From the NCBI GenBank assembly GCA_951406725.2, contig OX597830.1:12400001-12464000 (forward strand): a DNA stretch of 64,000 nucleotides, read 5' to 3'. Position numbers and translations under genes: made by a program. This DNA is from Octopus vulgaris (lineage: Eukaryota). Within the stretch, counting starts at the first letter, position 1, and every line of letters begins with the position of its first letter. This document shows, piece after piece, positions 13,064 through 27,062 of the stretch. The notes under the pieces are model-generated. The model ran no database searches and was not told the DNA's origin. It saw only the letters and a list, made by a program, of their open reading frames with translations.

Positions 13064-13564
13064 CAACAGTTTGTCAATGACATGACATTGACGGGCCAAC
13101 TATTAATTTGTCACCTTCAGGAAATTTTAAGCCTTCAAAGAATATTTGTATGCACTTAATTTAGATTCTCATTAACAATCTATACGAGTAATAGGTATCC
13201 ATCAAATCACCAGTCAATAATTTAATTACTCAATTGTAAAACACGAGAACAATAAGAACGGAAGTTGGTGCTCCGATGCGACCATTCTCCTGATTGTTTA
13301 CACGTTTTCAGTGATTTAATAAATCATAACAATACACTGCAAATTGGTTTGTATTTGAAAAGTATAAACAGGCATATCTCATGTTATCACGAATGCATTT
13401 TTATCAGTTATGTGTATTAAGAATGTGTGAATAAAATCAAATCTATGACGGTCCTGTAATACAATATAACAACATAGAGCAACCAGAGAAGAAATATAAT
13501 TAAAGGTACGGACAACACAGCAACTTTTCAAAGGACGCGTACAAACACACACACACACACACAT

Positions 13565-13606
<42 letters not shown>

Positions 13607-13931
13607 CGAAAGCAGTATAATTATAGTCAACATGATAACTGCTACTTTCCTTAAATTTACGTCATCCGTTACACTCAGAAAGCATTATATAGACTGATAT
13701 AATTTTAAGCTTTCATCTTCTTACAAGAAAAATGCTTTTGTAATATTTTGTATATTGGTGTGTAACCCGAGGAGAAAAATATGATCTCTAGGATGTCGGC
13801 TAAACAAGTAAATGCTATTCACAAATGCATAGCTTCGGATAAGCCATACCCTCTGCTAAGCTGGAGAACATATTGCGCCATCTGTAATGTAGGTGGTACA
13901 ATATGATGCATTGTTTATGTTGTATTACTTC

Positions 13932-14359
13932 GGATCTTTTCGGTTTGAACGGCAGTTTTTTCTAGCGGTGTCGTATAAAATTGTCACCCATCATTATGAC
14001 CTTAGTATCGATCTATTGCATTTCAATCTGTTTTAGGGTTAGGGTTGGGGTTAGGGTTAGGGGTGGGGGAAGGGTATCTTTTTTTCTTCACAAATGTAAA
14101 TAAACCCAATCTCTTTCTTAAAAGAGGGACATATTCATACGGCACAGAATGTTTTTTACCTCAACAGACGTCAGTGACTGGTTGAAATTGCAGAAATTGA
14201 AGAAAAACAACAACAAATATCTTACAAACTATAGAATTTTCTCAATAAAGCCAAGAGAAAAAGATGTTTTATAAACACATTCTACCAGTATATGAAGTTT
14301 AAAATTTTTTAGTTACCTAGAAATTAGGTTAAAAACTGCCGTTCAAACCGAAAATATCC
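13932..14359. mobile_element. MITE, same family as 10537-10974
   Basis: Same TIRs and body, same orientation; no TSD recognisable. Confidence 0.88.
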
Positions 14360-14817
14360 AATATTGGTACAACTTAAAAACATCTATAGTAGAATAGTTT
14401 TCAACACTCTTTTATAATGGTTGTCGAACGGGGAGGGAGAGTCTACTAAAATATATACTGGCTTCTGTGTTCTAATTTCACGTAAGTCACACATAGCACA
14501 AAGTACGCAGTTATAGAAACTCCGCATAATTTTGAATAATTTTCAAGACGTTTAGTTGCGCCGTATATGATAGAATTTTATTATATACCAGAATGATCTG
14601 TCATTTATTCATGTAAATTATAATTCAGATTCAATGAGTCAAAAGATATTGTAATGGATGATAGGATCTATGTAATACGATGATTTCTTTAAGTATTATC
14701 TTTATAGGTAAGAAATTGTTACTTTGCGGAATTTCTCTTCCAGCCATTACTAATCGCACATCGTTTGATATTCGGTCATTGTACCTTTGTGTATGCCCAC
14801 CAGCTGGTCTCTGTGGA

Positions 14818-15110
14818 GGCACATGGCCTAGTGGTTAGAGCAGCGGACATGCAGTCGAGGGATCGCCGGTTCGAATCTCAGACCGGGTGATGTGTGTGTT
14901 TATGAGCGAAAACACCTAAGCCACACGCGGCTCCGGCAGAAGGCAATGGCGAACTTCTGCTGATCCTTTCGCCACAACTTTCTCTCACTCTTTCCTCCTG
15001 CATCTTACAGCTTACCTGCGACGGACCGGCGTCCCGTCCAGGTAGGGAACCTATACGCCAAGAAACTGGGAAACCGGCCCTTATGAGCCAGGCAGGGCTC
15101 GAGAAGGAAA
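14818..15110 (+). mobile_element. tRNA-derived SINE (family D), full length with A-rich tail
   Basis: A box tggcctagtgg, B box ggttcgaatc; shares its head with 590-720. Confidence 0.8.
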
Positions 15111-15119
15111 AGAAAAAAA

Positions 15120-16025
15120 AACCCGGCTTGTCTCTATCTGCACAAATTGACAGTTTAAGATTAGGTTTGGTAACCGAGGATGCCATAGTTTTGATTGGTG
15201 TAATAAGCACATTATTTTCCAAAAACGTCTCTTGAATATCTCTTGTAGTGTGTAACTTTGTTGCAGGAAATTTACTATTTCTGAAATTAATTTGGTTATT
15301 TAAATCATCAATAAGATAAACTTGAGCATATTTAGGAATATTTTCATTTGTATTATACAATGAACTTATTCTATGGTAAATTTGACTTTGTATTTCGAAA
15401 ACTGGCATGAATCCCGTTAGAGATATTGATTCACCAATTCCAAAAGATGTCACTGAAAACAATTCATTATGTTTTTTGATAATTTTAAAAAAGTTTTTAG
15501 AATCCAGATTATCCCCAGAATTAGTGTATTTAATGGTTTAGATGGTTTTTCAAACAAATCTTAATTTAATTTTACCATTCAAACAACATAATCCCTTAAG
15601 TTCATCCTTAAATAGTTTTGCCCAGCAATGCTTACAAACTACTGACATTGTTCATAAATTTGATAGATTATCATAAGTTTTAGTTGGATCATAATCAAAT
15701 GCTGCATTTGTAAGTTATCTAACAGAAGTACACAGTTTAACATATACTGATCTGTGTTCCATAGTCTGAGAAATTCTTGTCGCAATGTGCGAAATTCTAA
15801 TTTCCTGTCTTATTTCTTCTGTCCAATTTTCTCTCAACACTTGGTGGGCCAATCCCTTTTCTTCTCTAATTTCATTCCTTCTTTGAAATAAAAGTCTTTC
15901 TCGTCTTCGTCTTAGATAATCTCGATTTCTTGCACTCTGAATTTCTCACTTTTCTTCACTCATTTCATTTGTATCTTGGTGTTTTCTTGCTGAAGCATTT
16001 AAAATTTTCCTTGTATCGTTATTTA
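15120..16025 (-). mobile_element. Helitron Rep/helicase N-terminal fragment (pseudogenised)
   Basis: CKHCWAKLFKDELKGLCCLNGKI zinc-binding motif and FSVTSFG...GFMPVFEIQSQIYHRISSL...PKYAQVYLID, characteristic of Helitron RepHel proteins. Confidence 0.8.
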
Positions 16026-16230
16026 TTTCCTCCGCCTTAGCAAAGGTGGAGGTATTGTTTATAGTCGTGTTTGTTTGTTTGTCAATGGACAAGATATCTC
16101 AGAACCGCTGGGTGGATTCGAATGAAACTTTCAGTGATGTTTGGTCTCGTGACTGGCACAAACTGATTAGATTTAGGGATTGATCCAGTACCGGATGAGG
16201 ATTCTGAATTACTTTTCCATTTTTTAAACT
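16026..16230 (+). mobile_element. Possible Helentron/HINE (DINE-1-like) terminus
   Basis: Hairpin cctccgcctt/aaggtggagg followed by (gttt)n and a gatatctc...ggattcgaatgaaactt core. Confidence 0.45.
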
Positions 16231-16446
16231 GAATTCTTGATGGGAAATGGGAAATGAAAGGAGGGTGGAAAAAAAATAACATCATTAAGTATCAATGTAT
16301 TTATACTTAGATATGGCATGGGAAATATAACAAAATATACATAACGGTTGGTTTTGATTATACTTATGTACAGCTTTACATAGTACATATTCATGATGTT
16401 ATTACGTTTACAAAACTTTTTTGTAAACAATATTTTTTTTTTATTG

Positions 16447-16664
16447 CCCACAAGGGGCTAAACACAGAGAGGACAAACAAGGACAGACAAACGGATTAAG
16501 TCGATTATATCGACCCCAGTTCGTAACTGGTACTTATTTAATCGACCCCGAAAGGATGAAAGGCAAAGTCGACCGCGGCGGAATTTGAACTAAGAACGTA
16601 ACGGCAGGCGAAATACTGCTAAGCATTTCGCCCAGCATGCTAACGTTTCTGCCAGCTCGCCGCC
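16447..16664 (-). mobile_element. Family A (Nin/Deu-domain) SINE with TSD
   Basis: Full-length copy; ttgtaaacaatattt repeated at 16421 and 16665. Confidence 0.85.
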
Positions 16665-17271
16665 TTGTAAACAATATTTATGTAAACAATATTATGTAAA
16701 CAATATTTTGTGCTTGATGAACACTAATCTTTATAGGACAGTACTTTTTCAGTGAGATTCTATACATAGGTGGTCCCGATGGATTCAAGTTGTTAAGGAA
16801 ATCCTGTGGATACTGATGATAATTCCTATCGACTGTTGTGTCCGAACTTATTGTCGACTTTCTCCTGGGAAATTCTTAATCATGTGGTCATTAACATTAT
16901 TGTTTTTATTTATTTATTTTTATCCTGGGTGCTGTACCAAACTGACATCGTTGTAAGGAAAATGTGTTGATGGGGTTAAAAGAAACGCACACACACACAC
17001 ACATACACACACACACACATACACATACACACACACTGTCTTTTTCTCTCTCTATCTGGCTGTCTGTGTTTTTCTCTTTCTTTCCCTGCATGTCTGTATG
17101 TCTGTCTGTCTGTCTGTCTCTCTCTCTATGTCTGTCTGTCTGTCAGTTTGTCTGTCTGTCTCTCTCTCTATGTCTTTCTGTCTGTCTCTCTCTCTGCATC
17201 ATACACTTTCTGTTTCGCACAACCCATCAATGTGTTGATGGGGAAAAAGAAAACGGACACACACACAAACA

Positions 17272-17322
<51 letters not shown>

Positions 17323-17646
17323 GCACACACACACACACACACACGCATGTACACACACACGCACACGCACACAGATGCCCGCAAAAAATCAGCGTCATAC
17401 TTTTCACTTAATTATTTTTATTGGAACGCTAACGTCGAGGGCGAAAGTGTAATATGGCGAGCGAAAAAAGCGGACTGACACCAACGAATTTTATTTATAT
17501 AGATTTTGCTGGTTGTAGATGCGGAACTAACGACGTAGTAGTAGTAGTAGTGGTGGTGGTGGTGGTGGTGGTGGTAGTAGTACCAGCTGCAGCTACTATA
17601 TATGCGCTTGTGTGTGTGTTTGTGTGTGTGCGCGTATATGTATATA

Positions 17647-17706
<60 letters not shown>

Positions 17707-17713
17707 TATATAC

Positions 17714-17833
<120 letters not shown>

Positions 17834-17879
17834 TTATGTATATGTATATATATGTATATATATATATATATGTATATAA

Positions 17880-17936
<57 letters not shown>

Positions 17937-17982
17937 CTATGCATGTATGAATATGCATGGAATATATTTAAGAGAATCGGCC

Positions 17983-18370
17983 CAGCAGCGGCTTGTGCGA
18001 ATGACAGAGCTATTTCAGTCATATTGGAATTTGTCATTGACGTGTATTCACTACAGGTGACATGCCTAGACAAGATCTGTCACATTCGATACAAGAAAAA
18101 GCGAATAATTTATTCACTGGTTTTGCGTACAGGAGTCGAGATGAATAAACAATCCGGTGAATGCAACTGAGGTAGTTTTAAGTTAAAATACTAATCTTAG
18201 TATCATACTTCGTGTATGTACAACATTAACTAGGAAGTAGCTGAAGTTTTTCTCCGTAACCTTTTATGAACGCTATAACTCGGCAGCTATAACCTGGGCT
18301 GAGTGTACACGTCATTGACAATTCCGAAAGTGGACGAAATACATCTGACGTTATCGCTCGCCACTGCTGC
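17983..18370. mobile_element. Old MITE-like element with degenerate ~75-bp TIRs
   Basis: cagcagcggc...tgacgtgtattcactacaggt aligns with the reverse complement of acctgggctgagtgtacacgtca...ccactgctg. Confidence 0.5.
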
Positions 18371-19575
18371 AACGATTTTTTTGTCCCCTTCTAATAGATG
18401 TTGTATTTATAAGCACAACGTATCCACATGAGTTCTTTTTTTTTTTTTTATTTCGAAGGAAAAGTTATCAAACTGTCTGTCGAGAGTTCGAGTACGTGAA
18501 GCATGATACGGTATATAGTTATTGTAATTTAAAACTTTTTCAACTTTATACACCGCATTATTTATCTGGCTCGGAGCCTACTTCCAATACCGGTGAATTT
18601 GTTACTCACCATTTCCTATATCACAAATGACATAACTCATCAGGTCACGTGACTGGGTGCGTCAGCACGTCATTGACTCAGCAAAACAAGGCCTTAAAGC
18701 GAGAGTAGCGTTCACGCTAGTCTCTGAAGAGTTGATTTTTCGTCTCCTCTGATATGTATTTTATCTGTTTCAGTGACTGGACTGTGGCCGTTTTGAGGCA
18801 CCACTTTGAAGAAATTTTAGTCGAATGAATCGACCCTGGAAATTGAAACTACTTACTACACATTTTCTTCCTGATGATTTCTTATTCTCTCATATATTAA
18901 TTACATAATGAATATATGGATAATGAAGTTTACATTATCCACTTGGAAATGGCCGTAGGCCGAAATTTGTGCTAGCAGTGAAATCTTTACTTTTTATTTT
19001 CTTCTAAATATTTTACTTTGAACATCCATTTTAGCAATATACTCTTTCTATAATGTATATTGCATTGAAGTAATAATATATTATGGAGTTTGATGACATG
19101 TTAAAAATTCACCTCTCATATTCTGTGAATATATCATTTGTAAGAATAATTCAATATATATATAAGCTATAGAGCGATTCAATGACTTAGATTTTCGTGC
19201 GTTGGCAGTTATCAAAATGATAAGTGATAACACACGAAAATTTCCGCCCTTGAGTCACTCTGTTGCTTCTGCAAAATATTAACAAAAACATACATATACT
19301 CATATTTTCAGTAGTAAGTTTCCTGTTTGCATCACCATACCTATATATATGTATATATATATATATTTATAAATAAGGATATAAATTTATAAAATTCGTC
19401 ACTATATTCACTGCGGTGTTTATTTTGATCATATCGTGCTTATGGGGTGTTTTGGCGGGCAATTTAACTGGCCTTGTACATACGTGCATATATATATACG
19501 TATGGACGTTCGTATATGTAAGTATAACGTTTGTTCTGCATATATTTATTTGTATTTATGTGCCCCAACTGATAT

Positions 19576-19633
19576 ATTCAACTGATGAGGCAAAGCTTAT
19601 TTGAAGCAAAGCTAGAAATCCAGGATCTTGAAT
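19576..19633 (+). ncRNA. Type I hammerhead ribozyme fold
   Basis: Stem I attcaa/ttgaat, CTGATGA 19582-19588, stem II ggc..gctt/aagc..gct (base of stem imperfect), GAAA 19615-19618, tcc-a-gga then TC, AUC site after 19627. Confidence 0.65.
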
Positions 19634-19779
19634 TATTCAGTAATATTTTTTACTTGTCTATTTTGTCCCTCTGTCTTATCTCATGGTACGATATGAACAT
19701 TTAACGTGGTTCTTAGAGTCAAGGTTTTGACTGCTATTTCGGCATGGTGGTGTCTCTCAGACACCCTTATTTTTAGTTG

Positions 19780-19827
<48 letters not shown>

Positions 19828-21344
19828 GAGAGAGAGAGAGAGAGAAAAGAAGAAGAAGAAGAAGAAGAAGAAGAAGAAGAAGAAGAAGAAGAAGAAGAAG
19901 AAGAAGAAGAAAAATGGGATAAAAAAATCCTGGCAGATATCAAGTACACACTCAGTATAAAGGAATATGGATAAAGTTTCCAACGAGTAGATACCAGTGA
20001 ATGTTTGTAGACCACAAATCCCGAGTAATTTCTTATGTATGACAGGTAAATCCCCAAATCCTTAAGCAGCAATTTAAGAAATTCAGAGTATAAACAGCAA
20101 CCAATAATATGTACGAAGGAAATCATAACTTTATTTTAGATCACACCTTAAAAATCTAAAAACTGTTTCAATAGCATTAACACACACACACACGCACACA
20201 CACACAAATACACACACGCACACACACACACACAAATACACACACACACAAATACACACGCACACACACACACGCACACACACACACGCACACACACACA
20301 CGCACGCACACACACGCACGCACGCACACGCACATACACACACAATATTATTAAAATTAATAATAATATGTACGAATATTTATCAACATTTTGAAGGTAA
20401 TCCAAATTGGTGAAATTCTCACTGAACATCTGAAGAAATTTTAGCTATTAAAAACGCTAACAAAAAGAAACGGCAAACCAAATTTAACTTTAAACATTCA
20501 TTCATCCAACCAAGAGCGACCTCATTGAATAAATAATTTAGTTTATAAAATTAAAATAGAAAAATACCATACTAATTCCATATTTTTTGACAATTTGAAA
20601 TCTACACAAAAATACCGAACATAGAAAACGAGTATATTTATCTACTAAAATTGATGACATCACTGGATATTTAAGGAACAATAAAATGCAGACAAGAATT
20701 CTACATCTCCAGACTTGCATCAGTGGTGCACTCTTGCATTATATGTCTGCCAGGCGTTGTGCTTTGCTTGTATTTAGAGGAAGCAAAAAAGTATGAATAA
20801 AGAAAATGAATGAAAGCAAATTTATACAAAAATGTACAGGTCGGATACAATGTCAAAGCCAAAAGCACATAAAAGTACGGTTAGGAGACGAAGAACAGCT
20901 AGTAGAGAAAGGAGGAGGAGGAAAAGGAAGAAGAAGAAGAAGAAGAAGAAGAAGAAGAAGAAGAAGAAGAAGAAGAAGAAGAAGAAGGGTGATAAAGGAA
21001 GAGAAATAGAAGAGGAATAAGAAAAAGATGATGAGGGTTAAGTTAGAGTAGAAGATGAAAGATATAGAAAGAAAAAAACGAATTGGAAGAAGGAACTAAG
21101 AAAATATAAGATACGAAGGGCAATGTGAAGAATTGAACCAACAGTCACCGGTCAAAGGAGTATAGTAATATTTGTTGGACTATGAATATCAAATGCTAAA
21201 ATAACAACAATAAGAATGGTAGTAAAAACAATAACAACGACAGCAAAAATAAAAATGATAATAACAACTATAATATGACAGTAAGAACAACAATAATAAT
21301 TATGATGTCGATAACGACTCTGCCAGCTCGCCGACTTAATGATA

Positions 21345-21375
<31 letters not shown>

Positions 21376-21377
21376 GG

Positions 21378-21439
<62 letters not shown>

Positions 21440-21442
<3 letters not shown>

Positions 21443-21838
21443 CTTTTCTACTAAAGGCACAAGGACTGAAATTAGTGGGGGGGGGGGCAGTGGATCACAT
21501 CGACCCTAGTGATTCAATGGTAATTAATTTATCGACCCCAAAACGATGAAAGGTAGAGTCAGCCTCGGCGGAATTTGAACTCAGAACATAAAGACAGACG
21601 AAATACCTATTTCTTTACTACCCACAAGGGGCTAAACACAGAGAGGTCAAACAAGGACAGACAAACGGATTAAGTCGATTATATCTACCCCAGTGCATAA
21701 CTGGTACTTATTTAATCGACCCCGAAAGGATGAAAGGCAAAGTCGACCTCAGCGGAATTTGAACTCAGAACGTAGCGGCAGACGAAATACCGCTAAGCAT
21801 TTCGTCCGGCTTGCTAACAGTTCTGCCAGCTCACCGCC

Positions 21839-21840
<2 letters not shown>
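21440..21840 (-). mobile_element. Two tandem family A SINEs between (AAT)n tracts
   Basis: Family A core present twice. Confidence 0.85.
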
Positions 21841-21882
<42 letters not shown>

Positions 21883-22899
21883 CATAATAATAATAATAAT
21901 GATGATGATGATGATAATAATGAGAAGAAGAAGAAGAAGAAGAAGAAGAAGAAGAAGAAGAAGAAGAAGAAGAAGAAGAAGAAGAAGAAGAAGATAGAGC
22001 TCCAGGCTGAATTACACCGGGCTCTCCATTCAAAGACAAATTTAATCTAATAACATCGGTGGAATGGGATAAAGGAACCCGTGGAAGACTTGAAGGAAGA
22101 GTTCTTTTAACGGAAATAATCACGAAAACGAAATTTTACTGCCATACTAAGCACAGTTTCTCTTATGCATGATGTCTCAGGGAAACGTGCGAAACACACA
22201 GGCGAAATCAACACCGGAAGTTGATTTATAAAATATAAACGAAGAAAAAAACAGTATGTACATAAATTGAATAATTATGCATACAGTCGAATGTCTACAC
22301 AATCGTGCATATATTTCAATACCCATCGGACCAAACATACATCCCAATGTTTACATAACTAGTGAAATTTACAGGACACACATACCGCATATGAAAACAC
22401 GTGTCTCAAACGAAGCAAAAACAAGATACAAAACAAATTATTTTTTCTATTTTTCGAACTAACACAGAGTGAACAATTCATAAGTTTAAAAACACCACAA
22501 AAAAACTATGCCCAGAGATGAATCTATCAGCAAAAAAAAAAAAATACAGACGAATACAGATCTGTTAGCCTTATGAAGGTACGCTACCAGCAATGTTTAC
22601 ATGCAGAGAACTCGGAGGCAGTGTTGTCTCAAAAAAATTAATCCTAAACAGACAGATCTGTCCCCTAATGTCAACGTCCAAGGTCGTCATGCCTCACTGA
22701 TTACAAAGCAAAATACAAACCGAATCGGTCGTCAGCGGGAACACAAAGGATCGCGTAATCGAGTGTTGAACCAAATTCGGTAAGAACAATCAGTTACTGG
22801 TTCAAGTCTTCCCAAAACACATGAGCTGGGAGTACCCCACAACCGGAATATTTCAACAAATGGCCATCCATGTTCGTCATCAAATAACCAAAAGAAAAA

Positions 22900-24622
22900 G
22901 AATGAAAAATGGACTAGAGGAGATAATGAAGTTCTTATGGCCTTCTATTATGCCATATATTTCCCCACAAATAAATCTAATACTGTACAAACCTACTTAA
23001 AATGGAGACAGAAACACCTTGAAGTAAGACCCTACATAGACCGTAACAAACTTGCCAACGTCAGAAGAAATATTACGCAAAAGAATTTACTAACTGCATT
23101 AGAAATTGACCAAATTAAACAATCAGTAAGGGATAAAAGGAACGAAGTTGCAGCTAAAGAAGATAATACAGAGGAAATAATTATAGACCAGCCCAGGGCT
23201 GATGAAAATGCAATAAGGATTGAAAGAGTTAATGTAACTGATAAGCAAAGCGAAATAATCTATGAACCAACCATAAACACTAAGGGAGATGAAAATCAAA
23301 TAGATGAAGAAAGTCACACACAAATTGACCCAACAGAACTACTTGATCTAAAAGATCAAATCATGATTGAATGGCTGAAAATTAAAGAAACCAGTATGGA
23401 TGAACGCGATACTCTCCCAAAATTTCGCAATTCTAACCAAAACCTGAAAATTATTGGTAAAATCCGCCTTGCACTTAAGGATATAATTTCAGCTACTGAT
23501 GTTGATATTACAGATCTCAACCACCTGTACTATGCATCCGTGAAAATCTCAATGATTCTATGAGGTGAATAGATTAGAAAACAATAATATTCCCACAAAA
23601 AGTCTAGTTGGAAAGAGTGTATTCAACACCAAATCCAGCTACTTAGGTCTGACATAGAAAGTTTAAAAAATCTTAAGTTTGCCAAGACTATCAAACCAAC
23701 AAAAATCCGAAAATTAAAAGAAAAATTATAACATGAAAACCATATCTGACATCGATACCACCATAGATACCATCAAGCAAAAAGTATGTGCTAAAGCTGC
23801 CTGTTTAGCAATGTGTGAAAAGCGGGTTAGATTCTTCAAGGACAACAACATGTTAAAAAATAATCCAAAAACTTTTTACAGAAAGATAGGGAAAATACCA
23901 GTTGCAGTAAAGTCTGTCCCATGAAAAGTAGTGCAGGAATTTCGGAATAAAATTTGGGCAGAAGAAAAAATACACAATGAAAAGGCCCTTGGTTTGTTTA
24001 AATATCTACAGACTTAGATTCCTTAGAAGATCAAAAGTGGGAGGGTATCAAGTTAGAAGATGTAAGATCTGCTCTCAAGAAGTCAAGCAAGTGGAAGTCT
24101 CCAGGAAAGGATAAAATTTCTAACTTCTGGTTGAATGCCTTCTCAGAGAGCCAGGAACTGCTAACAAAACTTTACATGCCTTCTCAGAGAGCCAGGAACT
24201 GCTAACAAAACTTTACATCAATGTTTTGCAACAAGCTAGTATGATTCCCTCTTGGCTAGGTAATGGTGTAACATTCCTACTTGCAAAAAATGAAGAAACA
24301 AATGAACCAAAAGTTTATAGGCCCACAACCTGCTTAACAACAATGTATAAAATACTAACATCAGTCTTGACTGAATATACCTATAGTTTTTTAATAGAAA
24401 GTGGCATGTTCCCTAATGAGCAAAACGATGTAAACGTGGGTCTTATGGTTCTAAAAATCGGCAACTCATCAATAAGATGATCTTGGAAGATTGTCACAAA
24501 CATAGAAAAACTTGTCGATAGCCTGGATAGACTGTAAAAACGCTTTTTGATAGTCTACCACATAGCTGGATTAAGAAATGTCCGGAAATGTATAAAATAG
24601 CACCTACTCTGCGAAACTTCAT
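22900..24622 (+). mobile_element. R4/Dong-like non-LTR retrotransposon, 5' part plus RT N-terminal half, disrupted
   Basis: KWTRGDNEVLMAFYYA..., KWKSPGKDKISNFW, YRPTTCLTTMYKILTS, NLSIAWIDCK..FDSLPHSW; stops and frameshifts. Confidence 0.82.
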
Positions 24623-24863
24623 TTGTCTTGCTCGCTTACGTTTTGGCGTTCGCTACATTTTCTTGAGAACATTCCTTTCTTAGTGGTAACACCATAGGGG
24701 GTCGACTCCTAGCATAATGGATATCCACTTAGTAGTCATCCCTCTTATATGTATGTAATATAATTTTTCTGAATCTTCAGATTTTTCGATATACTAGACC
24801 ACTGGTTTTAAATTGATATTAATCAAATTAATATTCAATTTTTCACACGTATTATTTTATTAT

Positions 24864-25172
24864 CAGTGGTTAGAGCGTCGAACTTACGATCTTGAGGTTG
24901 TGGTTTCGAATCCCGGACCGGGCTGCGTGTTGTGTTCTTGAGCAAGACACTTAATTTCACTCAGCTGTGGAAATGAGTTGCCACGTCACAGGTGCCAAGC
25001 TATATCGGCCCCTCTGCCTTTCCCTTGGATAATACTGGTGGCGTGAATAGGGGTGGCCGGTATGCATGGGCGACAGCTGGTCTTCTATAAACAACCTTGC
25101 CCGGACTTGTGCCTCGAAGGGTAACTTTCTAGGTGCAATCCCAAGGTCACACATGACCGAAGGAGGGGTCTC
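24864..25172 (+). mobile_element. tRNA-derived SINE (family C)
   Basis: Reverse complement of 46612-46942. Confidence 0.82.
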
Positions 25173-25446
25173 ATATATATAGATGGACGCTTCATTTTTG
25201 TGCTGGTGCCCCCACCCTGTCGTACGCGACTGTGAAGATTTGTATCCCCAACGTAAAACTTATAATGTAATACATGTCCTTGAAGTAGTAATTGTACGCG
25301 GCTGAAGAAGGCCATAGACACAAAGGCCCAACATCACAAATGAACTGTTTAGAAATATGAGTTCATGTAGATCTTACCATTTTGATTGTCAAACGGACAG
25401 TGACACCACTTTTCAGTCCACTTTTTCCAATTTCTGAAGAATGTAA

Positions 25447-25665
25447 TACCTATTTCTTTACTACCCACAAGGGGACAAACAAGGACAGACATAGGTATTA
25501 AGTCGATTACATCGACCCCAGTGCCTAACTGGTACTTATTTTATCGACCCTGAAAGGATGAAAGGCAAAGTCGACCTCGGCGGAATTTGAACTCACAACG
25601 TAACGACAGACGAAATACGGTTACGCATTTCGCCCGGCGGCTAACGTTTCTGCCAGCTTGCCTTC
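25447..25665 (-). mobile_element. Family A SINE
   Basis: Family A core and tail. Confidence 0.85.
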
Positions 25666-25849
25666 CCCCGAAAGGGTGTTTCCGTTGGCCGCATAGCTTA
25701 TAGTCGGGGCAGTGGTGGATGGCTAGCTGTAAGTGACCATCTCTCTTACAGACAGTAAATAAACTCCTCTGTGTTGCAAGGAATTTATTTTGCCAGAGCT
25801 TGGAAGATTAACTACTCCTGTGTTCATTCACTGTCAGCCAGAGATAAGG

Positions 25850-26210
25850 CTTTGAGTGGATTTGGTAGACAGATACTGAAAGACACCTGTCGTACACACG
25901 CACGCACACACATACACAAATATGCATGCGTGCACATACGTACGCGCACACACACACACACGCATACACACACAAAAACCCACACACACATCAATATTAC
26001 GCATACATCTAAATTACCACCGCTCGACAATCGGCGATGGTGTATTTACGCCACTGTTACTTAGCGGTTTGGAAAAGAACCCTTAGAATAAGTACCAGGC
26101 TTTAAAAAAATGTAGTATTGGAGTCGATTCGTTCGACTGAAATTCTTCAAGGCGATGCCCCAACGTCGCTGCAGTCTAATGACTTAAATAATTAAACGAT
26201 AAAAGATAAA
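25850..26210 (+). mobile_element. Degenerate family B SINE
   Basis: gtggatttggtagac...ttagcggtt...agaataagtacc...gcagtctaatgact. Confidence 0.7.
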
Positions 26211-26706
26211 AATATATATACACTCACACACATCATCACGATTTACAATTATAACCAACACATCATATATGTATGTGTATTTTTAAAGTTTAAAAGTTAA
26301 GCTACTTAAAAAATATGTATGCTGATTTAGAGGTGATAAAGCACAGTACATGGCACATTTCAATGCCTCGGAGACAGGTGAGAACAAGTAGGGAAGTTAT
26401 CTTCCGACCTGTTTTGAGTACTGGCGATAGATTAGAGTCTGGTAATGAAATCCAACGAACAGGTGATGTTTTAAATTGTCTTCAAAAACCAACAGTTTTA
26501 TCAACAATAGCGAATAACCTTCATTTCCATTATTTTTTCTACATAATTTACGTGATCAGAATTGAATGTTTTACAACTTATAATACACTTTATATTAATT
26601 AACGACATCTTTTTATATACGTCCTATGTTCAAATTCCTCCGAAGTCGACTTTGCCTTTCATCCTTTCAGGGTCGTTAAATTAAGTACCAGTTGAGTACT
26701 GGGGTC

Positions 26707-27062
26707 GGATCTTTTCCTTTTGAACGGCAGTTTTCAACAAAATATCTAGTTAACTGAACACTTTTAAACTTCGTATACTGGTAGAATGTGTCAAAATACA
26801 ACATTTTTTTTCTCTTGGCTTTCTTGAGAAAATTGTAATTTGTACGTTTTAGACGCAGCAAATGATTTTAGCTCAATAGAGACCATTGATTGGTTAAAAT
26901 TCGAAAAATTAGACTACGTTAAACTTACAAATTACAATTTTCTCAAGAAAGCCAAGAGAAAAAAATGTTTTATTTTGACACATTCTCCCAGTATACAAAG
27001 TTTAAAAGTGTTTAGTTAACTAGAAATTGTGTTGAAAACTGCCGTTCAAAAGGAAAAGATCC
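26707..27062. mobile_element. Related MITE with long (~140 bp) TIRs, inserted in a family A SINE
   Basis: TIR ggatcttttccttttgaacggcagttttcaac; exact 8-bp TSD ctggggtc (26699-26706 / 27063-27070). Confidence 0.9.

Noticed and set aside
18600-18655. CTGATGA-stem-GAAA on the minus strand
   Set aside because: No NUH triplet or convincing stem I/III.
18935-18985. ggcc-gta-ggcc-GAAA with cact/agtg flanks
   Set aside because: No CUGANGA core; too degenerate to call (likewise 25302-25340).
21990-22110. HDV-like ribozyme upstream of the Dong-like element
   Set aside because: I could not assemble the nested double pseudoknot by eye.
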